Source: Octopus sinensis (taxonomy: Eukaryota). Taken from it: a stretch of 64,000 bases of DNA. Below the pieces are notes generated by a model. The model was given only the letters and a program-made list of their open reading frames with translations, was not told the origin of the DNA and did not search any database. The DNA is taken from positions 141,794,001 to 141,858,000 of the forward strand of contig NC_042998.1 in assembly GCF_006345805.1 (NCBI RefSeq). Direction: 5' to 3'. The stretch's first letter is position 1. Each line of letters opens with the position of its first letter. Position numbers and translations under genes: made by a program. Below are positions 12,847-25,310 of this stretch, in pieces.

Positions 12847-13469
12847 GGTGCAGGAGTAGCCATGGTAAGTAGCTTGCTTCCCAATCACATTGTTCTGGGT
12901 TCAGTCCAACTGCGTGACATCATGGGCAAGTGACTTCTACTTTAGCCTCAGGCCTACCAAAGCCTTGTGAGTAGATTAATAGACAGAAAACCCATTGCAT
13001 ATATATATATATATATGCATACATACATATGTATATGTACATACTTACATCTATACGTGTGTATATATATATATATATATGCATATGTGGGCACAGGATG
13101 TCACAAATTGTGTACAACAAAAAAATACGAAGTACGAGTACGTAGAATGTGAACTATTTTTTTTCAAACAATGAAAGACACAAACAGAAAACAAGACAAA
13201 CAACATAAAGAATGACCCTTTATCAGTTATTGGCTGTTTTTCTACTCCCATATTTCGAGGTGTGTGTATATGTTTGTGTGTCTGTATTTATTCCTGCAAC
13301 ATCGCTTGACAACCGATTCTGGTGTGTTTATGTCCCTGTAACTTACCGGTTCAGCAAAAGAAACCAATAGAATAAGTACTAGGCTTTTAAAGAATAAGTC
13401 CTAGAGTCGACTTGCTTGACTAAAGGCAGTGCTCCAGCATGGTTGCAGTCAAATGACTGAAACAAGTAA
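12847..13469 (+). mobile_element. Family A SINE with CR1-type tail, interrupted at ~13000-13260 by (TA)n plus another repeat
   Basis: Head GGTGCAGGAGTAGC...GGTTCAGTCC; tail GGCAGTGCTCCAGCATGGTTGCAGTCAAATGACTGAAACAAGTAA. The insert 13084-13259 matches 34839-35010. Confidence 0.75.
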
Positions 13470-13750
13470 TGACCATCATGTGGTAGTGAGTTCAATTCCT
13501 GGACTAGGCTGTGTTGTGTACTTGAGTAACACACTTCATTTCACATTGCCCCAGTTCACTCACCTGTGGAAATGAGTTGCGACATCATTGGTGTCAAGCT
13601 GTATTGGCCTTTGCCTTTTCTTTGGATAACATCAGTGGCGTGGAGAGGGGAAGCTGATATGCATGGACAATTGCTGGTCTTCCATAAACAGCCTTGGAGG
13701 GGAGCTTTCTAGCAGCAATCCCATGGTCATTCATGACCAAAGGGGGTCTT
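13470..13750 (+). mobile_element. Family C SINE (diverged)
   Basis: Reverse-complement similarity to 2505-2830. Confidence 0.75.
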
Positions 13751-14014
13751 TACTCTCTCTATATATTATTATACACACGCACAGTCGATAGTAATGGAGG
13801 TGGAGTGCTTATGAAGTAAGAACACAAAAGAATATACTATTCAAATATCATCATCTTCATCATCATTTAACGTCCATATTCTATGCTGGAATGAGTTGGA
13901 TGGCTTTACAAGATTCAATGAGTTCAAAGACCATATTGTGCTCCAGTGTCTACACTGGCATGGTTTCTACAGCTGGATGCCCTTCCTAATGTCAACTACT
14001 TTATAACATATATT

Positions 14015-14155
14015 CTTTTCTACTCTAGACACAAGGCCCTAAATTTTGGGGTTGGGGACAGTCAATTAGATCGACCCCAGTATGCAACTGGTACTTAATT
14101 TATCGACCCCCGAAAGGATGAAAGGCATAGTCAACCTCAGCAGAATTTGAACTCA
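14015..14155 (-). mobile_element. Family D SINE fragment (Meta/MESC-like central domain)
   Basis: Reverse complement of the GAGTTCAAATTC..GAGGTCGACTTTGC.TTTCAT.CTTTCGGGGTCGATAAA.TAAGTACCA domain seen at 45124-45190. Confidence 0.7.
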
Positions 14156-15008
14156 CTTTATAACATATATTGAATGCTTTTTATGTGTGTCTGTCTGTCT
14201 GTCTTTGGATCTCCTTGTCTTGAAATTATGATTGTTGTAAATGAATGTTATTCATTTCCAACATTTCATAAGAACATATCTGGCCAGAAGGTGATAATAC
14301 TTTGCTTGGAAGCAGGTATGGATTGGTGATAAGGAAAAGGATATGATTGTAGAAAATCTGCCTCAATAAACTCCATCTGGCACAAGCGATTATGTAAAAG
14401 GGGAATTTAAAGCAATGAATGATGAGGAGGAGAGGGAACGGCTACTGCAACATTCTAACTGTAATGTTTTTCAGTTTCACTACTTGATATCCTGATGTAA
14501 GACGGTTAAAATGTCTGACCACCATACTGTATGCTATAGTGCAAATTTTACAAGCTTTCAGTTTTAACATCAAGTCGTTGCGTTTTGGGTTTTGAGATAA
14601 ATAAGCATTTAGCCTTGATTACAAATGTTCTGTTTTCTTAAGTATTTAGTCAGAGAAAGGAGAGCAATTTTGATCTTTGCAAGTCCTCCTCCTAGACAAG
14701 TGAGGGTAATGTTCAACTCAAGCTTCTCATGATTTACAGGCCAAGAAATTTATTATAAGATGTATACAAGTATGCAGTATATATATATATATATATATAT
14801 GTAAATTTTTACATGGAAAAGGTTGAAAGTTAACCTTTTCTTTGTAAAAGTTTAATAAATATGTAATCTACAAAGAAGTATTGAATGATCCTTCAATCTA
14901 ATGTTAAATAGTTTTGACAAATATCCTTACACAAGAATATATATATATATATATATGGAAAAAAAAGTCACGGTAGAAAATGATAAAATAATTTTATAAA
15001 AAACATTT

Positions 15009-15044
15009 CAGTACTGGTTTCAGTCATTGAGACTTTTTCAACTG
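15009..15044 (-). ncRNA. Minimal hammerhead ribozyme with U3-A8 core variant
   Basis: CAG-UUGAAAA-AGUC(UCAAU)GACU-GAAA-C(CA)G-UA/CUG. Confidence 0.7.
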
Positions 15045-15259
15045 TAAGTATGGAAAGTAATTAAATTTTGGAAGAATTAAAGGAAAAGTTCTTTAAAAGA
15101 ATACTTGCATAGTATTCAAATACAAGGGGCATTTTCCTTGTTTCTGCCCATCTCTGTCTCTCTGGTACCTAACTTATGTTATTATTTATTAATTTTATTT
15201 CTTCAGTGGTCCATGTATGGCTTATGGAACTCATAATTGAGATGTTACTGGCAGGAAAT

Positions 15260-15585
15260 GTATTTAGAACAATAGTAGAGCTCTTACCCTTACTGAAGCT
15301 GAAATGACAGGAAGTGTTATTAAGAGAAGCTGCTGAAGGAGGAGAATGCATGGGAAAAAGTAGGTCTATCCCAAGTAGACCTTACAAAGAGTCCAGCCAC
15401 ACAAGTTGACAGAGCAATTAAAGATATGGAAACAAGGAAGATGTCTGGCTCATCAGGAGTCATTGCTGAGAAGCTTGAATTATCCAGTGGAGTTGGGTAT
15501 GGGCTAGTCACCCACTTAGTCAGTTAGGTGATACAAGAAGATACCATTACTGACTTGTGTAGCAGTATCATTGCTAAAATGCTAC
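15260..15585 (+). mobile_element. RTE-clade LINE RT N-terminal fragment (degenerate)
   Basis: VDRAIKDMETRKMSGSSGVIAEKLELSSGVGYGLVTHLVS*VIQED... resembles the AIK.MK.GKAPGP.GI.AEMLK motif. Confidence 0.75.
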
Positions 15586-15971
15586 ATATGTATATATGTG
15601 CATATACACACACATATCATCATCATTTAACATCTGTTATCCATGCTGGTAAGGCTGGGGACAGCACCAGGCTCCATTGTCTGTTTTGGTATGGTTTCTA
15701 TGACTGGATGCCTTTCCTAATACCATCCCCTTTACTAAGTGTACTAAGTGCTTTTTATGCGGCATCATCACTGGGATCAATTCTGCTGTGGTGGGTGGGT
15801 CTTCTTGAGTACAAGGTGCTAGATATCTTTGATCCTTTGCAGTGTATGTACAGTGTATATCATCATCATCATCATCGTCCGTTCTCCATGCTAGCATGGG
15901 TTGGACGGTTCGACCGGGGTTCTGGGAAGCCAGAAGGCTGCACCAGGCTCCAGTCTAATCTGGCAATGTTT

Positions 15972-16020
<49 letters not shown>

Positions 16021-17422
16021 ACACACACACATTTGTGTGTGTGCAGGTAGCTGATAAAGAGTATTGACTAAACTGTTTTGGTGTTTTGTAGTAATCATTT
16101 TGACTCTTTGTTCATGAAATCCAAATTATAAAGAGCTTGGCTTTGCATGTCTTCCTTTGGGAACAATAAGTACCATCCTGTACTATGGTTGATTCACTTC
16201 TTTCTGTCCGTCTGTCAATCTGCCTCTTTTACTAGAGAACCATAGTCAGATATAGAAAGGGATGGGCTGTGTCAGGTCTAGGAACACTTTTAAAGGTCTC
16301 TCATGAGCCAACAGTGATTCGTGAGAGGCCTGAACAGAAGGCCCAAAAATGCAATATATGTGTATATGTACAATGAATCCATTTATATATCATCATCATT
16401 TTGATGCCCGCTTTCCTATGCTTGCTTGGGTCAGACAGAGAATCTGTTGAGGCAGATATTTTATGGCTGGATGCCCTTCTGTTTCCAACCCTCACCTGTT
16501 TGCAATCCCCATCACTGGACATACTTCATGGAATACTAAATACAAATGACACCACTTGTATGATGATGATTCATTTCCTTACAAGTGTTGTGCTATGTCA
16601 AGATAAGGATACATATAAACACACACATAAAACAAGTTTGTTTAAGTTTCTGTCTTTCAAATACCCTCACAACATTTTGGTCAACCCAAATCATAGGAGG
16701 AAATACTTGCTCAAGGTGCTGCTTATGTGTGTGCGTGTGTGATAAACAGATACATAACTGTAAAAAATTCAGATGTATAAATGTTAGAAGAATTCAACAC
16801 AAGGCTTTACAGTAGCTTATTATTTTTATTTCAAGCTGGAATTACACAGATTGCAAATATTAGTTTCACATTTTACTGATTTTTAAGCAATCAATTTAGT
16901 AGCTGAGACAACTCAGTATATATACGTGTGTATGTGTGTGTGTGAGTGTGAACAACGTAAACTATAAAAACTATTGAATAAACATATTAATGATACAAAA
17001 CTATTTGATGTAGTCATAACATTATTGTATATTGATATCTATTGTTCAATTGCTTGTCTGTTTGATATATGGTGACAAAAAGTAAATTTTTATTTGCATT
17101 ATCTGCAGAAAAAATTCGATTCTTTTTCAGAATATATTATGCTGTGATTTTACTCTGTTCAGTTATTCAAATTTAAAAACAAAATATTTTGATTTCAGAC
17201 GACAAAAAGGTTATCAATTTTAAATGTTTGTCTAAGGTGGCACATTTATGAAACAGCATATTCATTTTCTTTGAGAAGCTAGGTTGCATCCATCATTACA
17301 CAATATACAAGGTTTGGCAGGCTGTATTTATATAAACATATATATTGATGTTGCATTAAATTATAATAAAAACAATTTAACATTAATCTAAAGATTAATA
17401 CTTTTTAGCGGAGTACATGTCA

Positions 17423-17610
17423 ATTATACTTTTACAAGAAGAGAGATGACAATGGCTTTGAAGTTTTGTCTTGTTAGCCTTCATCAGACTGTCATGCACT
17501 TGGGTTTCTTTGGCCTTATACAATCTCTTTATACAACCAAAAGAAACCAAAATGTACTACAGTCTGAAACTTCAAAGCCACTATCACCCCTTTCATTGTA
17601 AAAGTATAAT
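17423..17610. repeat. ~190-bp imperfect palindrome (fold-back mini-element)
   Basis: ATTATACTTTTACAAG...TGGCTTTGAAGTTT...CAGACTGT...TTGGGTTTCTTTGG vs CCAAAAGAAACCAA...ACAGTCTG.AAACTTCAAAGCCA...TTGTAAAAGTATAAT. Confidence 0.85.
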
Positions 17611-18285
17611 GATAATAAGCTTTTCAACTATAGGCACAAGGCCTGAAAGTTTTTCAGGGAGGGGGCAACAGAAGGGATCAGTCGTTTATATCACCCCCAC
17701 TGTTGATCTGATATTTATTTATTGACCCCTGAAAGAACAAACAACCAAGTTCACCTCGGTGGAATTTGAACTCAGAATGTAAAGCCAGAAAAATGGCGAT
17801 AAGCATTTTGTCTGGTATGCTGATGATTCTGCCACATTTCAAATATATATATATATGTGGTCCAATCGATGTTTGTTAATCTGAGGTTTCTCCATTTTCT
17901 GATTATTTGTGTGTGTGTATGTACACACCTGTGCTGGTGACATGTAAAAAGCACCCACTACATTTTAGGAGTGGCTGGCATTAGGAAGGGCATCTAGCTG
18001 TAGAAACCTTGCCAGATCAGATTGGAGCATGGTGCAGCCTCCTGGCTTGCTAGTCCTTAGTCAAACCATTCAACCACCCATGCCACCATGGAAAGCAGAC
18101 GTTAAACGATGATGACATGCATGCATACATACATACATACATACACACACACACACGCACACACATACATACATACATACATTCCAGATAATTTTGTAGC
18201 TCTAAATTTTTATTATCTTTCAAGACCATCTTCTTATAATAAACTAGTTTCCAAAGATCTTTCTGGACTTTTGTAAGAATTCAGC

Positions 18286-18635
18286 TGGCACCTTGGGCAA
18301 GTGACTTTTTTTATGGCCTTGGATTGACCAAAGCCTTCTGAATGAAACTGGTGGACAGAAACTGAAAGTAGTTTACTGTGTGTGAGTGTGTGTGTGCATG
18401 AGTGTATGTTTATCTCCTTGTTTGACATTGTCTGATAATTGTAAATGAATGCCAACACCTTCAATACAAGCAGGATTATTCATTACTAATATTCTGCAAA
18501 AACATGTTTGGCCATGGGGAAATATAACTTTGCTTGGAAACAAGTGAGGGTTAGCAACAAGGGCATTCAGCCATAGAATATCTGTTCTAATGAACTGCAT
18601 CCAACCCATGCAAGCATGAAAAAATGATGATGATG
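18286..18635 (+). mobile_element. Family A SINE (5'-truncated) with RTE-type tail
   Basis: TGGCACCTTGGGCAAGTG...CCAACCCATGCAAGCATGAAAAAATGATGATG. Confidence 0.7.
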
Positions 18636-20934
18636 TAGGAGTTCTCAACTATTTTTTATCTATGGACCCCTTTGATTCTTATTTTATTCTGGTGCCCTGC
18701 TGCTAACAATTTGATGTTTTAAAACTAGTTTTAAAATATTAGGTTAAAGAAACCTAGTTGATCCATGTAATACATACCAATATACAGAGCTGGGTGTTAA
18801 GTCTGTTAATCTGTTAATTGTTAATTAACAAAGTTAACATTTTCATTAATGATTTAACTTTTAAGTTAACTTTGAAAATCATTATTGGACTAATAAACTT
18901 CTGTTACATTTAGCTTCCATTAACTCAAGTCTGTTTACCCAAAAATTTCATAAAAACCAATAAAAATTTTAAAAGTTTCTATTGTTTTCAGATTGTCGTA
19001 GCATATTTAATATTGTATGCATCATTCTTTCAACCCTGATATAATGCCACTTATTATCATAAATAACTTGTAGGACCTCACTTGGACCAGCCTGGATTTG
19101 AAACCAAATCTACCTGCTTGTTGCTTGCAAAGACAGCGGGGAAATTTCTTTGTCCTTTCAAGAGGGAACAGTGATTGCTGTGTTTCTACTTGATCCATGA
19201 CTTTACTGAGGTGGATGTCAACAGAGAAAATATTGATTTCCATAAAGTGGAAAATATAAATAGAAGGAAAAAAGTTGGTAAATATTTTGGTGTGAACACA
19301 AATAGCTCTTATGTGGTAGCAGGGCATGCTTGAAATAGCAGCCAAATCTTTCCTTTTCTGGAAAAAGGAGTCGTTTATGCGTGACTTCAATGTCACATTA
19401 TTTGAAAGCAGGCAAAATAACCTGAAAAGGAAAAAATTATTTCACACCGAGGTACGAAATATTTAACAAATGAAGAAAATCATATACTGATTATACCTGC
19501 ACTTTAATTAATTCAAATTAATGTACCTCATCTTGAAAAGTGGCAAAATCTTTGTCACTTGCCATCTGGGATAATTTTAGTAACAAATCAAACAGGTAAG
19601 ATGCATTAAGAATTTCAATTTTAGTGTTTATCCAAAATGTTATTGCTTTTACACCTGTTAAATTTACCTGCCCATAAAAGTCAAATTTACTTAGCAAGAT
19701 CAGCTAAAATTACATAACTATAAACCAGTGGTATATAAAGCACCCACTGACAAAATTTGAAATCTGTATGTAAATAATTTACCTCTTGAACCTGAATAAT
19801 TCAAAATAACGTGAACAAATAAGCACTACATTTGACAGATTAATAAGAACACCAAAGATGTTTTTAGGTGCTTTTTTCTTACACACATAACACAGCCTTG
19901 TTCAGTGAGGACTACACGTGTGTTACTTTGACATCATCATTCCATAAAGTCTTTTTAATGGGGAGGAAAATATTGAAAAATATCAATAGATGTGTGAGTG
20001 AGAAGGAAATGAGAAGGGAAGTTTTGGGATGTCTAGAAACAACAGCCAGAGCTCCCTTAAATCACAGATTTTCCTCTGAAATTATCAACAATATTTTTAA
20101 AACCGAAAATGTTTCTCTTGTGGGTTTTAAGTGTATAGTGAAAGAATAAAACGGCCAAAATCGTTTTGGATTGGGTTGGTGAGGGGTTTGCGGGAGTGAA
20201 AAAAAAGCAAATTTCAAAATTTTTGTCATGAAAAGATGCTTTCCATTATTCTGAAGATTTTGGTAAAAAAAACAGGAAAAAATCCCCGGCAAAACAGAAA
20301 TTCCAACTTATGTGGGTCGTCTGATCCAAAGCTCCATTTTCGAGAAATTCCTCCCTCTCCCTTTTCCAAAACTTTGTAATCATAATCTACACCGTTTGAA
20401 AGATATTTGTATAAAATTTCATTAAAAAATTACCAATTTTCCAGAAAGTTATGAGTGGGAAAATATTGGGTCCTGTGAATTTTCTGAAACTCCTCTCCCT
20501 AACCCCTCGGAAAATTTTTGCAACAAATATTTACATATATTCAATCTACAGGATAAAAGTGATTATTTGATGAAAGTTTCATTAAAAAGTATTCATTTTT
20601 CTGGAAGTTATGAGACAACAAAGTTGGTGGGGTATTAAACTGTAATTATGCCTTTTTTCAATAAAAGCAAATGGTAACAGATTAACACCGTTACATTTTC
20701 AAACAATTAATGGATCAACGATTAACAAAGTTAACTTTTTGGTTAACTGATTAATGAAGTTAACTTTTCGATTAACAGTGCCCACTTCTGCCAATACATA
20801 TATCTGCAGCAAAATATTTTCAGGAGCGTTTAAAATAATATTGTGGATCCCTAATTCACTATTTTGTTGTGTGGATCCCATCAAATCTTATATGGACCCT
20901 CAGGGGACATATCTACCCCAGTTAAGAACCACAT
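18636..20934 (+). mobile_element. hAT-type MITE split by a younger insertion
   Basis: 18636-18784 plus 20791-20934 align end-to-end with the uninterrupted MITE at 43004-43329. Confidence 0.8.
18785..20790. mobile_element. ~2-kb non-autonomous hAT transposon
   Basis: Ends CAGAGCTGGG / CCCACTTCTG, GTTAA-rich subterminal repeats at both ends, 8-bp TSD CCAATATA/CCAATACA. Confidence 0.8.
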
Positions 20935-21059
20935 ATGTAGATGCTTATTAAACTGTCCTCTAAATTTATTTTCACTTAATATAATTTTTGGATATAGAAT
21001 TATCAGCTGTAATCAATTTTCCAGAATAAACTATTGAATACTTTGGTTAAAAAAATAAA

Positions 21060-21423
21060 GTATGCTTCCCAACCACTGGGCTTCAGGTTCAGTCCCAAGG
21101 CATGGTATCCTTGGGCAAATGTTTTGTACTATAACTCAGGGATAACCAAAGCCTTTTGAGTGGACTTGGTAGATGGAAACTAAAAGAAGCTCATTGTAAA
21201 TGTGTGTGTTCCTGACTTGACATCACAAGATGGTTGTAAATGAGTATGTTACATGTTTCCAGTCTTTTGTGAAATTTAAGTCTGGCCATGGGGAAAATAT
21301 CACCTTGCTTGGAAACTGGTGAGAGTGGGTGACAGGAGGGGCATCCTGCCATAAAAAAAAATCTGCTTTAACAAATTCTAACCTATACAAGCATGGAAAA
21401 GTGGATGTAAATGATGATGATGA
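21060..21423 (+). mobile_element. Family A SINE with RTE-type tail
   Basis: GGTTCAGTCCC...CCTTGGGCAAAT...AGCATGGAAAAGTGGATGTAAATGATGATGATG. Confidence 0.7.
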
Positions 21424-21972
21424 AGGTGTGTGTGTGTCTGCGCAAATATATGTATCTGTGTGAAAATTTACATTCTGTGCTTGCATGAAAAAAGAAAAGA
21501 AAAACACTAAGCAATGGACTGTCTTCTCTGTTGTTATTTTCCCACCAACAAATCATGCAGTAGCTCTGTGCTTCTGAAGATGAGTAGAATAAAACAACCT
21601 TATTTGAAAAACAGGTAAGGGTTAGTAACACAAGGGCATCTAGTTCTAAAAATAAAATTCTTCGACAATATGCATTCATGTAACCCATGCTAGCATGTAA
21701 AAACAAAGTAAAAAAAAAACTGTAATAAAGACCTACACTCTTCAGGGAAGATCTATGAAATGAAATACTGGATATATATAATAATAATAATAATATTAGG
21801 GACTATAACTCCAAACTTACAGGGAAAAATTCAATTTAGTATTGAATCAAATTTCACAATGTGATCTAGTTATATGCTTTATAATATATTTAATTTTTTT
21901 CTTTATGATTTGGTTTATGTCTATCATTGTTTGAATTACATAATAGTGGTTTTTCTCTAATTTATATATATG

Positions 21973-22003
<31 letters not shown>

Positions 22004-22193
22004 TATATATGCATATACATATACACATATGTATATATTCTTTTACTTGTTTCAGTCATTAGACTGCAGTCATGCTGGGGCACCACCGTTGAAGAATTTT
22101 AGTTGAATGAATCAACCCCTGTACTTATTTTAAAAATTTTTTCTAAGGAGGTATTTATTTTATTGGTTCCTTTTGCTGAATTGCTAATTAAAC

Positions 22194-22620
22194 CATCATC
22201 ATTATTCATCGTCCGTTTTCTATGCTGGCATGGGTTGGATGGTTTGACTGGGGACTGGTAAGATTTCTACAGCTGGATGCCCTTCCTAATGCCAACCACT
22301 CCAAGTGTGTAGTGAGTGCTTTTTACGTGCCACTGGTATAGGAGCCAGTCAGGTGACACTGGCATCAACCACATTTGGGTGGTGCTTTTTACGTGCCACT
22401 GGTATAGGAGCCAGTCAGGGGAGGACTGGCATTGACCACATTTGGATGGTGATTTTTACATGTCACTGGCATGGGGAGCCAGTCAGGTGGCACTGGCATT
22501 GACCCTTGCTTGAATGCTGCTTATTACATGTCACTAGCACAGGTACCAGTCAGGCAGCACTGGCATTGGCCACAACTACAATTTCCATTTTGAGTTCAAT
22601 CTCGATTTGATTTTGATTTT
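22194..22620 (-). mobile_element. RTE LINE 3' UTR remnant with 4-5 internal ~65-bp tandem units
   Basis: Same family as 241-650. Confidence 0.75.
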
Positions 22621-22793
22621 TGGGAGACTTACACATATCAACACAAGTTGGCAAGTGGTGGTGAGGGATAAACACAGACACAAAGACATACATACAAAAA
22701 TACATATATAATATAGCTGTAACTTGGTTAGTAGGGTTACTTTGCACTATGTTCAATTTTGTGAGAAATTCTAAGTGTTAAATTTACTCTTTA

Positions 22794-22878
22794 TTCATCT
22801 GAAGAAAATGTTTTCTTTTTGCATGATGTAACGCTTTTGTTCATCAATAATGATCATGTCTGAAACAGCTGTAATGAA
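22794..22878 (+). ncRNA. Hammerhead ribozyme motif with long, partly decayed stem II
   Basis: UUCAU-CUGAAGA-[~56 nt]-GAAA-C(AGCU)G-UA/AUGAA; 5-bp stem I and palindromic stem III are perfect, stem II pairing is weak. Confidence 0.65.
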
Positions 22879-23253
22879 CCTTAACTCATCTGTGTTATTA
22901 TTTATTTTTCACCTAAGTTGGAATATTCCATGTGTTTGGATCTGGAGCCTATAGTTGACTGTGGAATATGTGCAGTAGTGTACCCATGTGGGACTTTGAA
23001 TACATGTGTATTATGTCAGTACTTGTGAATGCATGCAGTGGGACTGAACCCGGAACCATGTGGTTGGGAAGCAAACTTCTTACCACAAAGCCACTCACTA
23101 TTTCAAATGATATAGCACAACAGTTAACCTATGCTTAGAGCTCCATGTAAATCCATGTATATGCACATTCCAATCCAATATTAAACATTATTTGTCCTGT
23201 GATTTTCTTTTGGCATTATATCTATTTCAATAATTTACAGTGTGTATATATCT

Positions 23254-23372
23254 GAGAGCAGAATAAAAAAGATTTACTTTGCCTTTTTATTATAGCATTA
23301 TAAATTACAATGTCATAATAATTCATGATTCTACAATAAAAAGACAAACTTAATCTGTTTTATTCTGCTCTC
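23254..23372. repeat. ~120-bp imperfect palindrome
   Basis: GAGAGCAGAATAAAAAAGATTTACTTTGCCTTTTTATT... vs ...AATAAAAAGACAAACTTAATCTGTTTTATTCTGCTCTC. Confidence 0.88.
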
Positions 23373-25195
23373 GGGAATATATATGTATACATGCATATAT
23401 AAATATATATATGTATACATGCATATATAAATATATATATGTATATATATGTGTGTGTGTGTATGTGTGTGTGTGGATACAGTAAAATAAGCGCTTAATT
23501 CACATCATAGCAGCTTGTTTATCAAGATATACCAAACGTGTTTATTTCTGCGTCCCTATTTATCTATGTAGCTGCATAAGTAGGTTAAGGAGGCATGCAC
23601 TAAATGACAATCATACACACATATAAAATGGTCTTAATTGAAATTTCCCTCTCAGTAGGAGAAGGAAAACAAAACCAAGCAACAATTTTTAACAATTTCA
23701 ATAAAAATTTAAAGGTTAAAAGAAAGGAAATTGCACAGAATTAAAAATTAATCACTCAAAATCAATTTACAAGCCAAGGGGTAATGTCTAGTATTTGTTT
23801 ACAGGCAAGGGTGACAACTTTGGACATGTTATATAACATATATATTCAAATTTATGCCATTGGCCTATTGCAGTTATTTCCCTTTGCTACTTTTATTTTA
23901 ATTATGCAATCGAGAGCCTAAAACCAAGGTGTCACATAAAAAGCATTGGTGTGGGAGCTGGTACCGTGTAAAAAGTGCTGTTACTGGTGTCACTAAAAAA
24001 GCACTGGTGATGATGCTACATAAAAAGCATCCAGTATACTCTGTAGAGTGGTTGGTGTTAGGAAGGGCATCAAGCTGTAGAAACCATGCAAAAACACACC
24101 ATGGAACCTGGTGTGGCTCTGGCCCTACCAGTTCCTGTCAAACTGCCCAACCCATGCCAGCATAGAAAACGGATGTTAAATATTGATGATGATGCAAATT
24201 ATACAAGAAGAATGCAGACTTCTGAGGTCCCATAAACTCTATTATTGGTGCCATTAAAAATGAACCTAATAAAATGGTTGGTTACAGGAAGGACATCTAG
24301 CCATTAGGAACCAGACCAAATGACACATACAACCATCAAAATGAAATAACTCAAACCATGATCTCTTCTCCTTCCAACCCATACCAGCATGGAAAGCAGA
24401 TGACGATGATGATGATGATACTGACCTAAAAATAATTCGAACCTAACTTTCTAGATGAAAAAGAAAAAGTCATTTGATCAAGCAGGCTTGAGTAGACTAG
24501 ACTATGCTGATGAGGTCTAATACGCTCAAACACGTTAGTAGGTGCCTCCCTTGCGTGAATGCAAAAACATCAAACTGCTCTTCTCATCACGTAAAATTAA
24601 CTTTCACGATGTGAAATTCTCCTCCCACCGCCACCACAGTTTGTAGTGGTGTTGCTAATAAGTGCTGCTGTTTTGTCTTCTTTATTCAATTAAGAGACAA
24701 TTTTCAACAAAGAATTATTTATTTTATTAATTTATTCCGTTTGTTAGGCAGCTCCGTGTATTTCACCCCTTAACCAACTTATCCAAATCCATGCCATAGG
24801 CACATTTGAGTTACTTCCCTTAGCTGTGTGCCTATATGCCTATATCCCAAATTCACTCTATCTTAACATCTATATCTGGCGCTCTCTCCCTCATTCCATC
24901 GCAATCTTTCTTCTCTCTCTCTCTGGCATGTCTGTGTCTCTTTTAAGATAGTAACTGTGCATCCATATCGTTACTTTTTTCTCTCTTTCGACCTCTAGCT
25001 CTCTCTGTCCCTTCCTCATAGAAATCTATCATTTTATGTATTTTGATACGGGGTCTTATCCCGCTATATATCTAGATCTCCCTCGTTTTCTTTCAATCAA
25101 TCTAGCAAGCCATCTCCTATGCTCCGTTTCTCTCTTATCTATCTATCTATCTATCTGTCTATCTATCTATCTACTTTCCATGCCGCCCGACTCAC

Positions 25196-25310
25196 TAAAA
25201 TGAACTGTCATACTAAAAGAAAGTGCATCTTGACCGAGCGAGCAAACACCAAAGATATTTTTGAATAACGTTCCGTTAACGAAAACAGCATGAACATCAC
25301 CACTCTTCAT
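25196..25310 (-). CDS. Putative first coding exon of an unidentified host gene (MKSGDVHAVFVNGTLFKNIFGVCSLGQDALSFSMTVHF, phase-1 intron follows); whole exon 25402-25196
   Basis: Pyrimidine-rich acceptor TTTTTTCCTACATATTTTTCAG ending at 25403, GAGATG start, 38 open codons, strong donor GTGAGT at 25195; unique CpG-retaining sequence. Protein not recognised and a downstream ATG (MTVHF) is also possible. Confidence 0.5.

Noticed and set aside
24488-24545. CTGATGA inside a small hairpin (hammerhead or C/D-box candidate)
   Set aside because: No GAAA box, no stem I pairing and no suitably placed D box.
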